From the NCBI GenBank assembly GCA_038065755.1, contig JBBTQJ010000020.1:1-44517 (forward strand): 44,517 nt of DNA, given 5' to 3'. Both the position numbers and the translations under genes were made by a program. Source of the stretch: Patescibacteria group bacterium (GTDB lineage: Bacteria; Patescibacteriota; Minisyncoccia; Minisyncoccales; Staskawiczbacteraceae). Positions 26,665 to 34,785 of the stretch are shown piece after piece. How positions within the stretch are numbered: position 1 is the first letter of the stretch; the number at the start of each line of letters is the position of its first letter. The notes beneath the pieces are model-generated. The model saw nothing but the letters and a program-made list of their open reading frames with translations. It ran no database searches and was not told the origin of the DNA.

Positions 26665-27096
26665 CTATATACCCAAGGGCCCTAATTTTGAAACAATCTC
26701 CTCTATTCCCTTTTCTGCTTTCTTTCTGTATTCTTCCCATTTTTCCGCATCCCAAATTTCTAATCTGTTTGACAATCCGCACACAACCACGCTCTTTTTT
26801 AAACCGGCATAATTTTTTAAATAATCAGGAATAAGTATCCTGCCCAATTTATCTAAAGCAACCTCCATGGCGCTTGCCAAAATAACCCTGGGAAGAGATC
26901 TGGCCTCGCTTTGCGATATGGGGAGATTCCCCAATTTTTCAGACATTATCTGCCATTCTTTTTGTGTATAAACAACCAAACAACTATCAATGCCTTTTGT
27001 TATTATCACCTTATCTCCCAATTCTCCCCTAAATTTAGCTGGCAAAGCCAATCGTTTTTTATTGTCAATTGTATGTTCGTATTGGCCAATAAGCAT
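26665..27096 (-). CDS. mraZ: transcriptional regulator MraZ
   Basis: 143 aa; MLIGQYEHTIDNKKRLALPAKFR; duplicated SpoVT/AbrB-like halves. Confidence 0.9.
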   Translation of the reverse strand: MLIGQYEHTIDNKKRLALPAKFRGELGDKVIITKGIDSCLVVYTQKEWQIMSEKLGNLPISQSEARSLPRVILASAMEVALDKLGRILIPDYLKNYAGLKKSVVVCGLSNRLEIWDAEKWEEYRKKAEKGIEEIVSKLGPLGI

Positions 27097-27114
27097 GTTT
27101 TTAAGATTTAAAAG

Positions 27115-27163
27115 TTATCCACAGCAAACTTGAATTATCCCACATTTATCCACAACTACCCAC
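27115..27163 (-). promoter_or_regulatory. putative MraZ operator: GTGG(G/A) direct repeats at 10-bp phase in the mraZ leader
   Basis: On the minus strand: GTGGGTAGTT GTGGATAAAT GTGGGATAAT (27163-27134), plus TGTGGATAA at 27123-27115. Confidence 0.55.
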
Positions 27164-27172
27164 TACATCTCA

Positions 27173-27202
27173 TTTATAACCTTTTTTATGGCACTCAGTC
27201 AA
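27173..27202 (-). promoter_or_regulatory. candidate mraZ promoter
   Basis: TTGACT (27197-27202 rc), 17-18 nt spacer, TATAAA (27173-27178 rc). Confidence 0.5.
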
Positions 27203-27511
27203 CACTTTTTATATATATCCCATTTTGTTCGTAAATGAGCATATTTTTCCACTCTTTATCCACACCCCACATATTATAATTTCATCACATAATAAAACAC
27301 ATCCACGCATCAACGCGTAGATGTATTTGTCGCATAATAAAACTTTTGCGAAAAAAACATGCCCTTATGTGTTTGCTATTCGCCCAAAGGATATAACACT
27401 ATAAATAACTATAAATAAAAAGTAATAATATAAAATCTGCCAAAACTACTACGATCGTAGTTTTTTTGTCAAATTTTGTTCTTAAAATATCGGATAATAA
27501 TAGTTTTACGT

Positions 27512-27536
27512 AAAAAAGCTCCACAATGTGGAGCTT
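27512..27536 (-). terminator. intrinsic terminator
   Basis: agctccaca-a-tgtggagct hairpin followed by a U-run on the minus strand. Confidence 0.6.
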
Positions 27537-27566
27537 AAATTACAATAAAGCAATCCTTATTTTTGA

Positions 27567-27836
27567 TTATTTTGACAAAACAGCTCTCTTTTTCAAAGCC
27601 AAATGATTCATAGCTTCTGCTTCGTTTTCAAATTCTCTAAACGGGCCTGATGTCTGCACAGAGTTGCAGCTGTATTCTGGATTTTCAATCCATAATATGT
27701 TTATACGATATACAAAAATTTCCTGGCCGTTCATTTTTTGCAAATACCGGCCGCTAATAATTTCGCCAATCCACCAGCCAAGCTTGGCATCTGGCTTTAA
27801 AGGAACAACAAATTTTTCTCCGCGACTATTGCACAT
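27567..27836 (-). CDS. hypothetical protein
   Basis: 89-aa ORF with a downstream terminator. No recognisable motif. Confidence 0.4.
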   Translation of the reverse strand: MCNSRGEKFVVPLKPDAKLGWWIGEIISGRYLQKMNGQEIFVYRINILWIENPEYSCNSVQTSGPFREFENEAEAMNHLALKKRAVLSK

Positions 27837-28150
27837 AGCGTTCTCCCTTCTTGGCGTTTTGCCAAAAAATCTGAAAAATTGTTAAGGTGCTATTAAAATC
27901 AAAAATCCTCTTTTGGGAGGATTTTTGATTTTTTATTTTTTAAAATTTCTGTTCTTTTATTTTTTATTTATCAAAAACCTCCCGGGCTTATATCCCAATA
28001 AAAGCAAATTCAACAACAAGCTGGCCAGAAGATTTGCTTGATTAAATAATTTTACCTCTTTCATATTATTTTATTTATTTTATATTTTTATTTTACTTTT
28101 TTAAACAATAATGTCAACTCTGCGGGAAAATTTTTGTGTTAATTTATACG

Positions 28151-28182
28151 AAAAAACCCCGCTAATTAAAAAATTAGCGGGG
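28151..28182 (-). terminator. intrinsic terminator
   Basis: ccccgctaatt...aattagcgggg hairpin flanked by A and T runs. Confidence 0.65.
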
Positions 28183-28217
28183 TTTTGTTATTGCTATAAT
28201 TCTTATTGCTATAAATT

Positions 28218-28541
28218 TTAAAAAAGACAGGTTACGGTGTTGACGGGAAACATATAATAGCAACTTTGTATACAAGCTGTGCGCACTACTTCTTCAATAA
28301 ATCCTCCCTCGTCTTCTCTGTCACATTCGGAAAAACATGATCCAAGAGCAACCAAAACACAATAGAAAAAATTACCAGAATCTGAAAAAGGTTCTGGATT
28401 GGGAATTATTGATTCGTCGGAAGATGTTGGAAAACTGCCTTTTAAATAATTCTTATCTATGACATTAAAAAAAATAGCCACTGAAAAAACGCTTGTTAAA
28501 ATAAGAATTAAACCGATTATTTTATTTGTCTTATTTTCCAT
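28218..28541 (-). CDS. small exported or membrane-anchored Cys-rich protein
   Basis: 107 aa; N-terminal hydrophobic anchor; 7 Cys in the C-terminal half. Last gene after the AAA+ gene. Confidence 0.45.
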   Translation of the reverse strand: MENKTNKIIGLILILTSVFSVAIFFNVIDKNYLKGSFPTSSDESIIPNPEPFSDSGNFFYCVLVALGSCFSECDREDEGGFIEEVVRTACIQSCYYMFPVNTVTCLF

Positions 28542-28595
28542 TTTTATTGTTTTTTAAATAATCTATATTTATCTTCGACCTTTTTTACAAATATT

Positions 28596-31199
28596 TTAAA
28601 GGTTGGTTTTTGTTACTTCAAAAGTTTCGGGGTTAATTTCAATTTTGTCGCCTTTTTTTATTGTTTCTGAAATTAGGGCCTCTGCAATATTATTTTCTAC
28701 TTTGTCCTGAATTACCCTTCTCATTTCTCTGGCGCCAAAGGCCGGCTTGTAAGAAAGCTCAACGATTTTTTGCTTTAAGGGCTCTGTAATTTCAAGATCA
28801 ATTTCTTTTTCTTTTAGATTTTTTTGAAGGGTTTTTAACATTAATCCGGCTATGTCTAAAAGATTTTCTTTGGTCAGGGGGTTAAAGGTTATAGTGGCGT
28901 CAAAACGGTTTATAAATTCCGGCCTAAAAATTCCTTTGTCAAAAAGAGAATTTAAAAGTTCGTCCTTATTTATTTTTCTTCCCGCCTGCACTTCTTTAAA
29001 AATATAATCTGCTCCGGCGTTAGAGGTGCAGATGATTATTGTGTTTGTAAAAACAACTTTTCTGCCCTGTCCGTCGGTAATGTGGCCTTCGTCTAAAATT
29101 TGCAAAAATAAATTTAAAATATTAGAGTGGGCTTTTTCAACCTCGTCAAATAAAATTAAAGAAAAAGGCGTCTCTCTTACCGGTGTTGTTAAAAGCCCTT
29201 GCATTTCTACCGGGCTCATAGAGCCAATCAACCGCGGAATATCTGAAATAGCCTGAAATTCCGACATATCAATTCTGATCATTTTTTCTTCTGCTTCAAC
29301 AGAGCCGGCTTTTTTAAATTTTTTAGAATCTTTTGTAAATTGGTTGCCAAAATAAATTTGAGATAAAGCTTTTGAAGTTTCTGTTTTACCCACTCCTGTG
29401 GGTCCTAAAAATAAAAAAGTTCCCATTGGCCTTTTTTTATGGCTAATACCAGCCCTTGCCCTTCTCATGGCAATAGATATTTCTTTTACCGCCTCTTCCT
29501 GGTTTATAATTCTCTGATGAATTAAATTTTCCAAATTAAGCAGAACTTCTTTTTCTTTAAATTCCATTTTTCCTATTGGTATTTCGGTTCTGTCGGAAAT
29601 AATTTTGGCAATATGGTGGGGCAAAACAGTTTTTTCTTTTATGGTCTGAATATATACCACCGCCTCGTCTAAAATATCTATGGCTTTTTTAGGAAAAGGA
29701 GTGCTTGGAAAATAACGGGATGTTAAATTTACTATTTCCCGTATACTGGGATACAAAATTAAAATTTTATACTTTTGCTCAAATTCTAGGGCTGAATTTT
29801 GTAAAATCCTGATTGTTTCTTCTTCTGTTACTTCTGATACTTCTATTTTTCTGAACAAATCGGCAAAAGAAGAATTTTTTTCTATATTTCTATGAAGGCC
29901 GTCGTAAGAAGTAATGCCTATAAACTGAAAACTTGGTATTGGCAGATATTTTGACAATATGCCGGAGATATCAATCATTCCCGGCTTTTGAATATCTTGC
30001 CCCACAAAGTTATGCAAATCTTCAATCACTAAAATAACATTGCCGGCCGCAACCACATCTTGAAATATCTGGTCTAAGGTCAGTTCCAGTTTTTCTGAAT
30101 CCTGAATTCTTGAAAGCAAAGAAGTCATATTTAATTCCACCACCCTTTTGTCGTTTAGTTCGGGCAAAGATTTGCCAAAATAACATTTTTGAGCAATTGC
30201 CTCTATAATGCTTTTTCTTCCGGTTCCCGGTTCGCCTATTAATAAAACATTAGACAGATTAGATCTTGATAAAATCATTTCTGTTTCTTCTATTTCTTTT
30301 TGGTGCCCCACAACTTCTCTAAATATCCATTTTTTAACTATGTTTCTCCAGTCTGTGGAAAATTGGTCTAAATTAATAGTGTATCCTGAAGCCCAATCTT
30401 TTCCCAAAGACCCCTGCTTTGACAAATTTTCCTGCGTCCAAAACTTTTTACTTAATTGTAAAATATTTTCTGCAGAATCCAGCCACAATGATATATTTTC
30501 CACATCTTTGTCTTTTAGATCATATTCAATTAAAACTTTTTTAAAAAATTCATTTTTCCTGGCAAGGGCAATGAAAATTTCTTTTTCTCCGATTGTTTTG
30601 TGCTTTATTTCGTTGGAAATGGCCAGCGCCTCTTTTATCAACTCTTCAAAATCAGGAGAAAATAATTCTGTAAATTTTTTCTGCCTTTGCTGTTTCTCTA
30701 AATAATTTTTCGAATCTGCCTGAATTTTTGCAACATCCAGGCCCAGCCTTAAAGAAAGAAGCTGTATATTTTTGCTTGTTTTTAATGCTCCATAAAAAAG
30801 AGCCGTTGAATTAATTTCTGAAATTTTTCTCTTTTTACAAAATTTTACAGCTTCTTCAACAATTTCGGCCGACTCTATGCTTAAAAAATCCGCCAAATTG
30901 TATTTTTCTAAATCTGAAACCACGTCAGACAGCTGTATTTTAATTTCCGGATTTTTAATTTTTAATTTTAAAAACAAAGATAGTTCCCAAAAAAATAGAA
31001 ACAAGATCAAAAAAACAGCCTCTATTTTTACGGCCAAAGAGCTTAAAATAAGCCCCCAATAAACCAACGGAATTAAAAACAAAGAAAGGGCGAATAAATA
31101 TAAAAACAAATTATACAAAAAGCCGGAAAACTCAAAAAATGGATTCTTCCCTGTTTTTACCGCATAATAAACTGCTGTGGTTTTAATGTTAAAATTCAT
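28596..31199 (-). CDS. membrane-anchored ClpB/ClpC-like double-AAA+ protein with degenerate first nucleotide-binding domain
   Basis: Start set at MNFNIK (ATGA overlap with the upstream stop). N-terminal TM helices and two Clp_N-like repeats. NBD1 has GEPGTGRKS and VIEDLH; NBD2 has canonical GPTGVGKTE and LFDEVEKAH. Confidence 0.7.
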   Translation of the reverse strand: MNFNIKTTAVYYAVKTGKNPFFEFSGFLYNLFLYLFALSLFLIPLVYWGLILSSLAVKIEAVFLILFLFFWELSLFLKLKIKNPEIKIQLSDVVSDLEKYNLADFLSIESAEIVEEAVKFCKKRKISEINSTALFYGALKTSKNIQLLSLRLGLDVAKIQADSKNYLEKQQRQKKFTELFSPDFEELIKEALAISNEIKHKTIGEKEIFIALARKNEFFKKVLIEYDLKDKDVENISLWLDSAENILQLSKKFWTQENLSKQGSLGKDWASGYTINLDQFSTDWRNIVKKWIFREVVGHQKEIEETEMILSRSNLSNVLLIGEPGTGRKSIIEAIAQKCYFGKSLPELNDKRVVELNMTSLLSRIQDSEKLELTLDQIFQDVVAAGNVILVIEDLHNFVGQDIQKPGMIDISGILSKYLPIPSFQFIGITSYDGLHRNIEKNSSFADLFRKIEVSEVTEEETIRILQNSALEFEQKYKILILYPSIREIVNLTSRYFPSTPFPKKAIDILDEAVVYIQTIKEKTVLPHHIAKIISDRTEIPIGKMEFKEKEVLLNLENLIHQRIINQEEAVKEISIAMRRARAGISHKKRPMGTFLFLGPTGVGKTETSKALSQIYFGNQFTKDSKKFKKAGSVEAEEKMIRIDMSEFQAISDIPRLIGSMSPVEMQGLLTTPVRETPFSLILFDEVEKAHSNILNLFLQILDEGHITDGQGRKVVFTNTIIICTSNAGADYIFKEVQAGRKINKDELLNSLFDKGIFRPEFINRFDATITFNPLTKENLLDIAGLMLKTLQKNLKEKEIDLEITEPLKQKIVELSYKPAFGAREMRRVIQDKVENNIAEALISETIKKGDKIEINPETFEVTKTNL

Positions 31200-31582
31200 A
31201 TAAAAATAAATAATAATCCGCCTATTATAATAAAGGGAATTAAAAGCCATAATAAAATTATGACAGCTCCTGCTAAAAAAATAATAATTTGTCCCAAAAT
31301 TCCTGTTATAATCAAGGCAATTCTTAATAAAAAACCTATAATCCTTGAAAAAATATTGGAAACCAAGGCGTTAAAAAACTCCCCTACTTCAAATATATTG
31401 GGATATTTCCAGTTATATCTTCTCCATGGAGAAAAAAGCGTTTTAAAAAGTATGTGGACTGAAAAATAATTTAATCCGAATAAAATATAATTTTTCCAAA
31501 CTTGTATCAAAAAATCCGGCATTTCATAAAAATGCCACACCATCCAAGAAAGTATTATATTTTGCTTTTCTGACGCTTCCAT
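31196..31582 (-). CDS. small polytopic membrane protein, translationally coupled to the AAA+ gene
   Basis: 128 aa, 3-4 TM segments. Its TGA stop overlaps the downstream ATG. Confidence 0.5.
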   Translation of the reverse strand: MEASEKQNIILSWMVWHFYEMPDFLIQVWKNYILFGLNYFSVHILFKTLFSPWRRYNWKYPNIFEVGEFFNALVSNIFSRIIGFLLRIALIITGILGQIIIFLAGAVIILLWLLIPFIIIGGLLFIFI

Positions 31583-31609
31583 AGTTAAATAATTTACAAC
31601 TTCACCATT

Positions 31610-31692
31610 TTGTCATTGCGAGGAGCCACAGCGACGAAACAATCTTTTTAATATTTTTGAGATTGCTTCACCTGCGGGCTCGCAATGACGAA
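31610..31692. repeat. 'cgcaatgac' imperfect palindromic element, intergenic copy
   Basis: gtcattgcgaggagccacagcgacgaaacaatc ... gagattgcttcacctgcgggctcgcaatgac. Confidence 0.8.
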
Positions 31693-31709
31693 ACATGCAT
31701 AAATCGTGA

Positions 31710-32051
31710 TTATTTAATCATCTTAATCCCCAGTCCTGCTATCTGCCCTCCCCCCAAAATCAAAATTCCCGCCAAAATTGACCAGCTTATCAAATTCAAA
31801 AGATCAATTATGGCGCTGGCCGGAATTATCTGGCCTATCTGTTGTTTTACGGCTTCTTCCATTTGTTTTTGCAATTGCTCTTGTAAATTCAAATTCTTGT
31901 TGCTTCCCGGTATTTCTGAAACTGGCTGTGTTTTAAAAACCAAGGGCGCAGAAATTTTACCAATAAAAATATTATACGACTGAAATAGTGTCCAGCCAAT
32001 TATTATCAACCCCGCTATTAATAAAACATACCCCAAAATTTTATTCACCAT
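31710..32051 (-). CDS. small membrane protein
   Basis: 113 aa with TM helices at both ends. Confidence 0.45.
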   Translation of the reverse strand: MVNKILGYVLLIAGLIIIGWTLFQSYNIFIGKISAPLVFKTQPVSEIPGSNKNLNLQEQLQKQMEEAVKQQIGQIIPASAIIDLLNLISWSILAGILILGGGQIAGLGIKMIK

Positions 32052-32144
32052 ATTTTATTTTACATCTACGCATCTACGCATTGATGCGTAGATGCAGGTG
32101 TTGTTTGCGTGCCTGTGTATTAGTATTGTTTAACGACCGCAACC

Positions 32145-32813
32145 TCACCTTTCGTTATCTTCAAACACGTCTTCTACTGTTTTTTTAACAATATCTGTAA
32201 ATTTATCCCAATCCGGTTTTATCCCAATTTTTTCTTTTTTTATTTCTTCGGTAATCTTTTTGAATTCTTCGCCCTTTTCAGAAAAAAACTTTTTTCGCCT
32301 TTCTTTTAATAATATATCTTTTTCTTCTTTTGTTAAATTGTCTAAGGCGCCCGGCTCCAAATACATTTCCTTACTTAAATCAGTTGCTTGCATATAAAGA
32401 TCTCTTATCTTATCAAAAGATTGCTTAATTTTTAAAGACGTTTCTGGGTTGTCTTCATAATATTCGCCAAGATGTTTTTGCAGATATTCCCAGCCCCTAT
32501 CCCAAGCCCTTTGTTCTTCTGAACGAACGGCTTGAAAATTATCCAAATCAGCGTCGTAATTTTTCCCCTCTTCAATAAGATGACCGACCTCGTGGCTGGC
32601 AACGGCAAAGGAAATCGCCTCGTCGGAATCTGGCAAATAAATGTCATCGGGCGAATAGGCTCTTCCCCACAGCTCACTGTCAAAAGAAGGGATTTCTTTA
32701 ACTTCTTGCGGCGCATTGCTGGACTTTTTGATAATAATCACTGGTTTTTCTTCTTTTTCGGGACTTTCTCCTTTGGGGTTTTCTTTAGAATTAAAAAATT
32801 TTTCTGAAAACAT
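32145..32813 (-). CDS. putative zinc metallopeptidase (HExxH)
   Basis: HEVGH motif in a 222-aa acidic protein. No further family assignment. Confidence 0.45.
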   Translation of the reverse strand: MFSEKFFNSKENPKGESPEKEEKPVIIIKKSSNAPQEVKEIPSFDSELWGRAYSPDDIYLPDSDEAISFAVASHEVGHLIEEGKNYDADLDNFQAVRSEEQRAWDRGWEYLQKHLGEYYEDNPETSLKIKQSFDKIRDLYMQATDLSKEMYLEPGALDNLTKEEKDILLKERRKKFFSEKGEEFKKITEEIKKEKIGIKPDWDKFTDIVKKTVEDVFEDNER

Positions 32814-32903
32814 ATTTATTTTTATTTGTGATAGCTTATGTCAAACCTAACCCGTCTCTTAATCTAACTCTTTTATTATTTGTCGCATAATAAATACTGG
32901 GTA

Positions 32904-32996
32904 TTGACAACAAATTATGATTTGCTATAATAATAATATCACGATGAGAGGATTACCAAAGGGTTTTGTCCCGAGGGAATGCCTCTCTTTTTTTTT
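32904..32996 (+). ncRNA. candidate ~60-nt sRNA with its own promoter and terminator
   Basis: TTGACA (32904-32909), 16-nt spacer, TATAAT (32926-32931). Then hairpin GAGAGG...CCTCTC (32946-32987) and a 9-T run. Confidence 0.45.
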
Positions 32997-33483
32997 ATTT
33001 CTCTAATTTATTCTTGAATAACTGAATATTAACAATAAAATTGCTGAACTTTTTTAATAACGAAGAATACTTTTTATTTGGAACAATTATTTTTAATAAT
33101 TTATCGTTATTAATTAAATGCTCAACTAAACAATAAAAATCACCGTCGCCAGAAACGATAATTGCCTTGTCATAATTATTATATTCAATCATTGTATGCA
33201 ATACCAGCTCCGCATCAACATTTCCTTTTATTTTTATTTTACCATTTTCTTTTATCTCCATTGTCGGCTTAAACACACAGATAAATCCTGCTTTTTGCAA
33301 TTCGGTATATATAGATTGATTATAAAAAACATATCCGATAAATAAAAACGCTTTTTCAATTTTATACTTATCTTTCAAAAATACTCTAAAGCGGCGAAAA
33401 TTTAATTTCCACCCCTGGCTTTTTACGCCCAAATTTAAATTCTGACTGTCTATAAATGCATAATTATTTTCCTTGGGGTCCAT
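32995..33483 (-). CDS. NYN-domain (LabA/DUF88-like) putative RNase
   Basis: AFIDSQNL near the N-terminus and VSGDGDF motif. Confidence 0.7.
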   Translation of the reverse strand: MDPKENNYAFIDSQNLNLGVKSQGWKLNFRRFRVFLKDKYKIEKAFLFIGYVFYNQSIYTELQKAGFICVFKPTMEIKENGKIKIKGNVDAELVLHTMIEYNNYDKAIIVSGDGDFYCLVEHLINNDKLLKIIVPNKKYSSLLKKFSNFIVNIQLFKNKLEK

Positions 33484-33583
33484 AATATATTTTATTTTTA
33501 TTTTAAATTTTTATATTCGTCGCATAATAGTACCACCGATGGGTCGGTAGCACTAAAATGTCGCGTAATAAAATACACATAAA

Positions 33584-33958
33584 CTATTCAAAAATTTTGC
33601 CGCTTATAATTTCCTGCCTTATGTCTTCGGGGATTGGAATTTCTTCACCGGGTTTTGATATGCCGGGATATCGCCAGGCGCTGATTATTTTTCTTAGATC
33701 TTTGGCGTCTTTATACATTATCCATATTTCGCCAGGCGCTCTTTTGGGCTTTTGCCAAGCGCGAGCCAATGTTATTTTTTTTTCTTTAAAAAACACTTTA
33801 TTTGTTCTCATTACAGCTGTGGTTCCCGGCGCTATCCCTTTTTCTTTTCTTTCGGGCTTGTAAAGTATGTTTAATAATTTTTGTTTTGAAAGTCCGTATT
33901 GCTTCATTTTTATTTTTGAGTGCTCTGTCCAGTGTAATTTTCTGAAAGAAATAGACAT
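33584..33958 (-). CDS. small protein, DUF4258-like
   Basis: WTEHSKIKMKQYGLSKQKLLNIL resembles the DUF4258 N-terminal motif. Starts 12 nt after tRNA-Val. Confidence 0.4.
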   Translation of the reverse strand: MSISFRKLHWTEHSKIKMKQYGLSKQKLLNILYKPERKEKGIAPGTTAVMRTNKVFFKEKKITLARAWQKPKRAPGEIWIMYKDAKDLRKIISAWRYPGISKPGEEIPIPEDIRQEIISGKIFE

Positions 33959-33969
33959 AATTAAATTTG

Positions 33970-34042
33970 TGGACGGGACAGGATTCGAACCTGTAACCCC
34001 TGCAATGTGAATGCAGTGCTCTGACCATTGAGCTACTCGTCC
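33970..34042 (-). tRNA. tRNA-Val (anticodon CAC)
   Basis: Hand fold: GGACGAG/CCCGTCC acceptor (one A-C mismatch), D-arm GCTC-AATGGTCA-GAGC, anticodon loop TTCACAT, T-arm ACAGG-TTCGAAT-CCTGT. Confidence 0.8.
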
Positions 34043-34151
34043 GCTTGTTTTATATATTTATCTATTTTACCATTTTTTAAGTAAAAAGCACAAGAAAAAA
34101 ATCACACCCCCCCATTGTGGAGAATGTGATTTATAATTAATCGTTGGTTGG

Positions 34152-34625
34152 CTATTCGTCAGGGAAGCCCTTAATTTCAATTTTAGGATATTTTTTAAAC
34201 TCGCGCTTTTTTTCTTTGACCCGGCTTTGGTAGGTCAAAACAAAAATTTTATCAAAACCAAGATAAGCGGTAAGCGCAAAAATATCTCCATTAACGTGGC
34301 AAAGAACAGACCCAATGTCTAAAACCGGAATCACCACTGTAGCTATAACTCCTCTTGATGCCAGCAGATCCTGAACTTTTTCCTGATTTTCCTCCAATAT
34401 ATCCCTGGCTAACTGAGATTCTTTAAAACTCTCTGTCTCTCTGCCCAATGGCCCGTGTTTGCCAACTTTAAAGCCTGCTTTTTCAAAGGCTTCATTTATC
34501 TGTTTGCCCCCGCCCACAAGGATTACGGTAAAATATTCTGCTGAAATTCTTCTTATCCACTCAAGGACATCATCTCTTTCGCATAAATCACCGGAAATTT
34601 TTACAAGCGCTGTTTGCCTCGCCAT
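34152..34625 (-). CDS. short amino-acid-kinase-fold protein (157 aa)
   Basis: VKISGD and VGGGKQIN motifs of the AAK family. Start set at MARQ (ATG 34625) after GGGAGG. Confidence 0.5.
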   Translation of the reverse strand: MARQTALVKISGDLCERDDVLEWIRRISAEYFTVILVGGGKQINEAFEKAGFKVGKHGPLGRETESFKESQLARDILEENQEKVQDLLASRGVIATVVIPVLDIGSVLCHVNGDIFALTAYLGFDKIFVLTYQSRVKEKKREFKKYPKIEIKGFPDE

Positions 34626-34785
34626 CTCTTTTGCCTCCCAAAAAGATTTGAAAAGAACCAAATAAAAATTAACAAAAAATTAGAAAAATGTCAATATTTG
34701 TCGCACAATAAAATACGGGTAAAACAATAAAACAACGGCTTATTTAATTTTAACTTTTTATGCAACGGATTCAAATTATTGAATT

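Noticed and set aside
26564-26782. 72-aa ORF (and likewise 36693-36920)
   Set aside because: Both are read-throughs of the family B palindromic element and overlap mraZ or rplL. The shared peptide (..FIASLR..) comes from the repeat, not from a gene.
27097-27566. Replication origin (oriC), based on three perfect TTATCCACA boxes in a 470-bp AT-rich spacer
   Set aside because: No dnaA or dnaN is nearby. The boxes are same-orientation direct repeats at 10-bp phase directly between the mraZ promoter and its start codon, which matches a MraZ operator. The origin idea is kept only as an alternative to test by GC skew.
31657-31983. 108-aa plus-strand ORF
   Set aside because: It starts inside the 'cgcaatgac' repeat and is antisense to a plausible membrane-protein gene (31710-32051). 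It is Cys-rich and low in complexity.
33798-34028. 76-aa ORF
   Set aside because: It overlaps tRNA-Val (33970-34042) and the start of the 33584-33958 gene.
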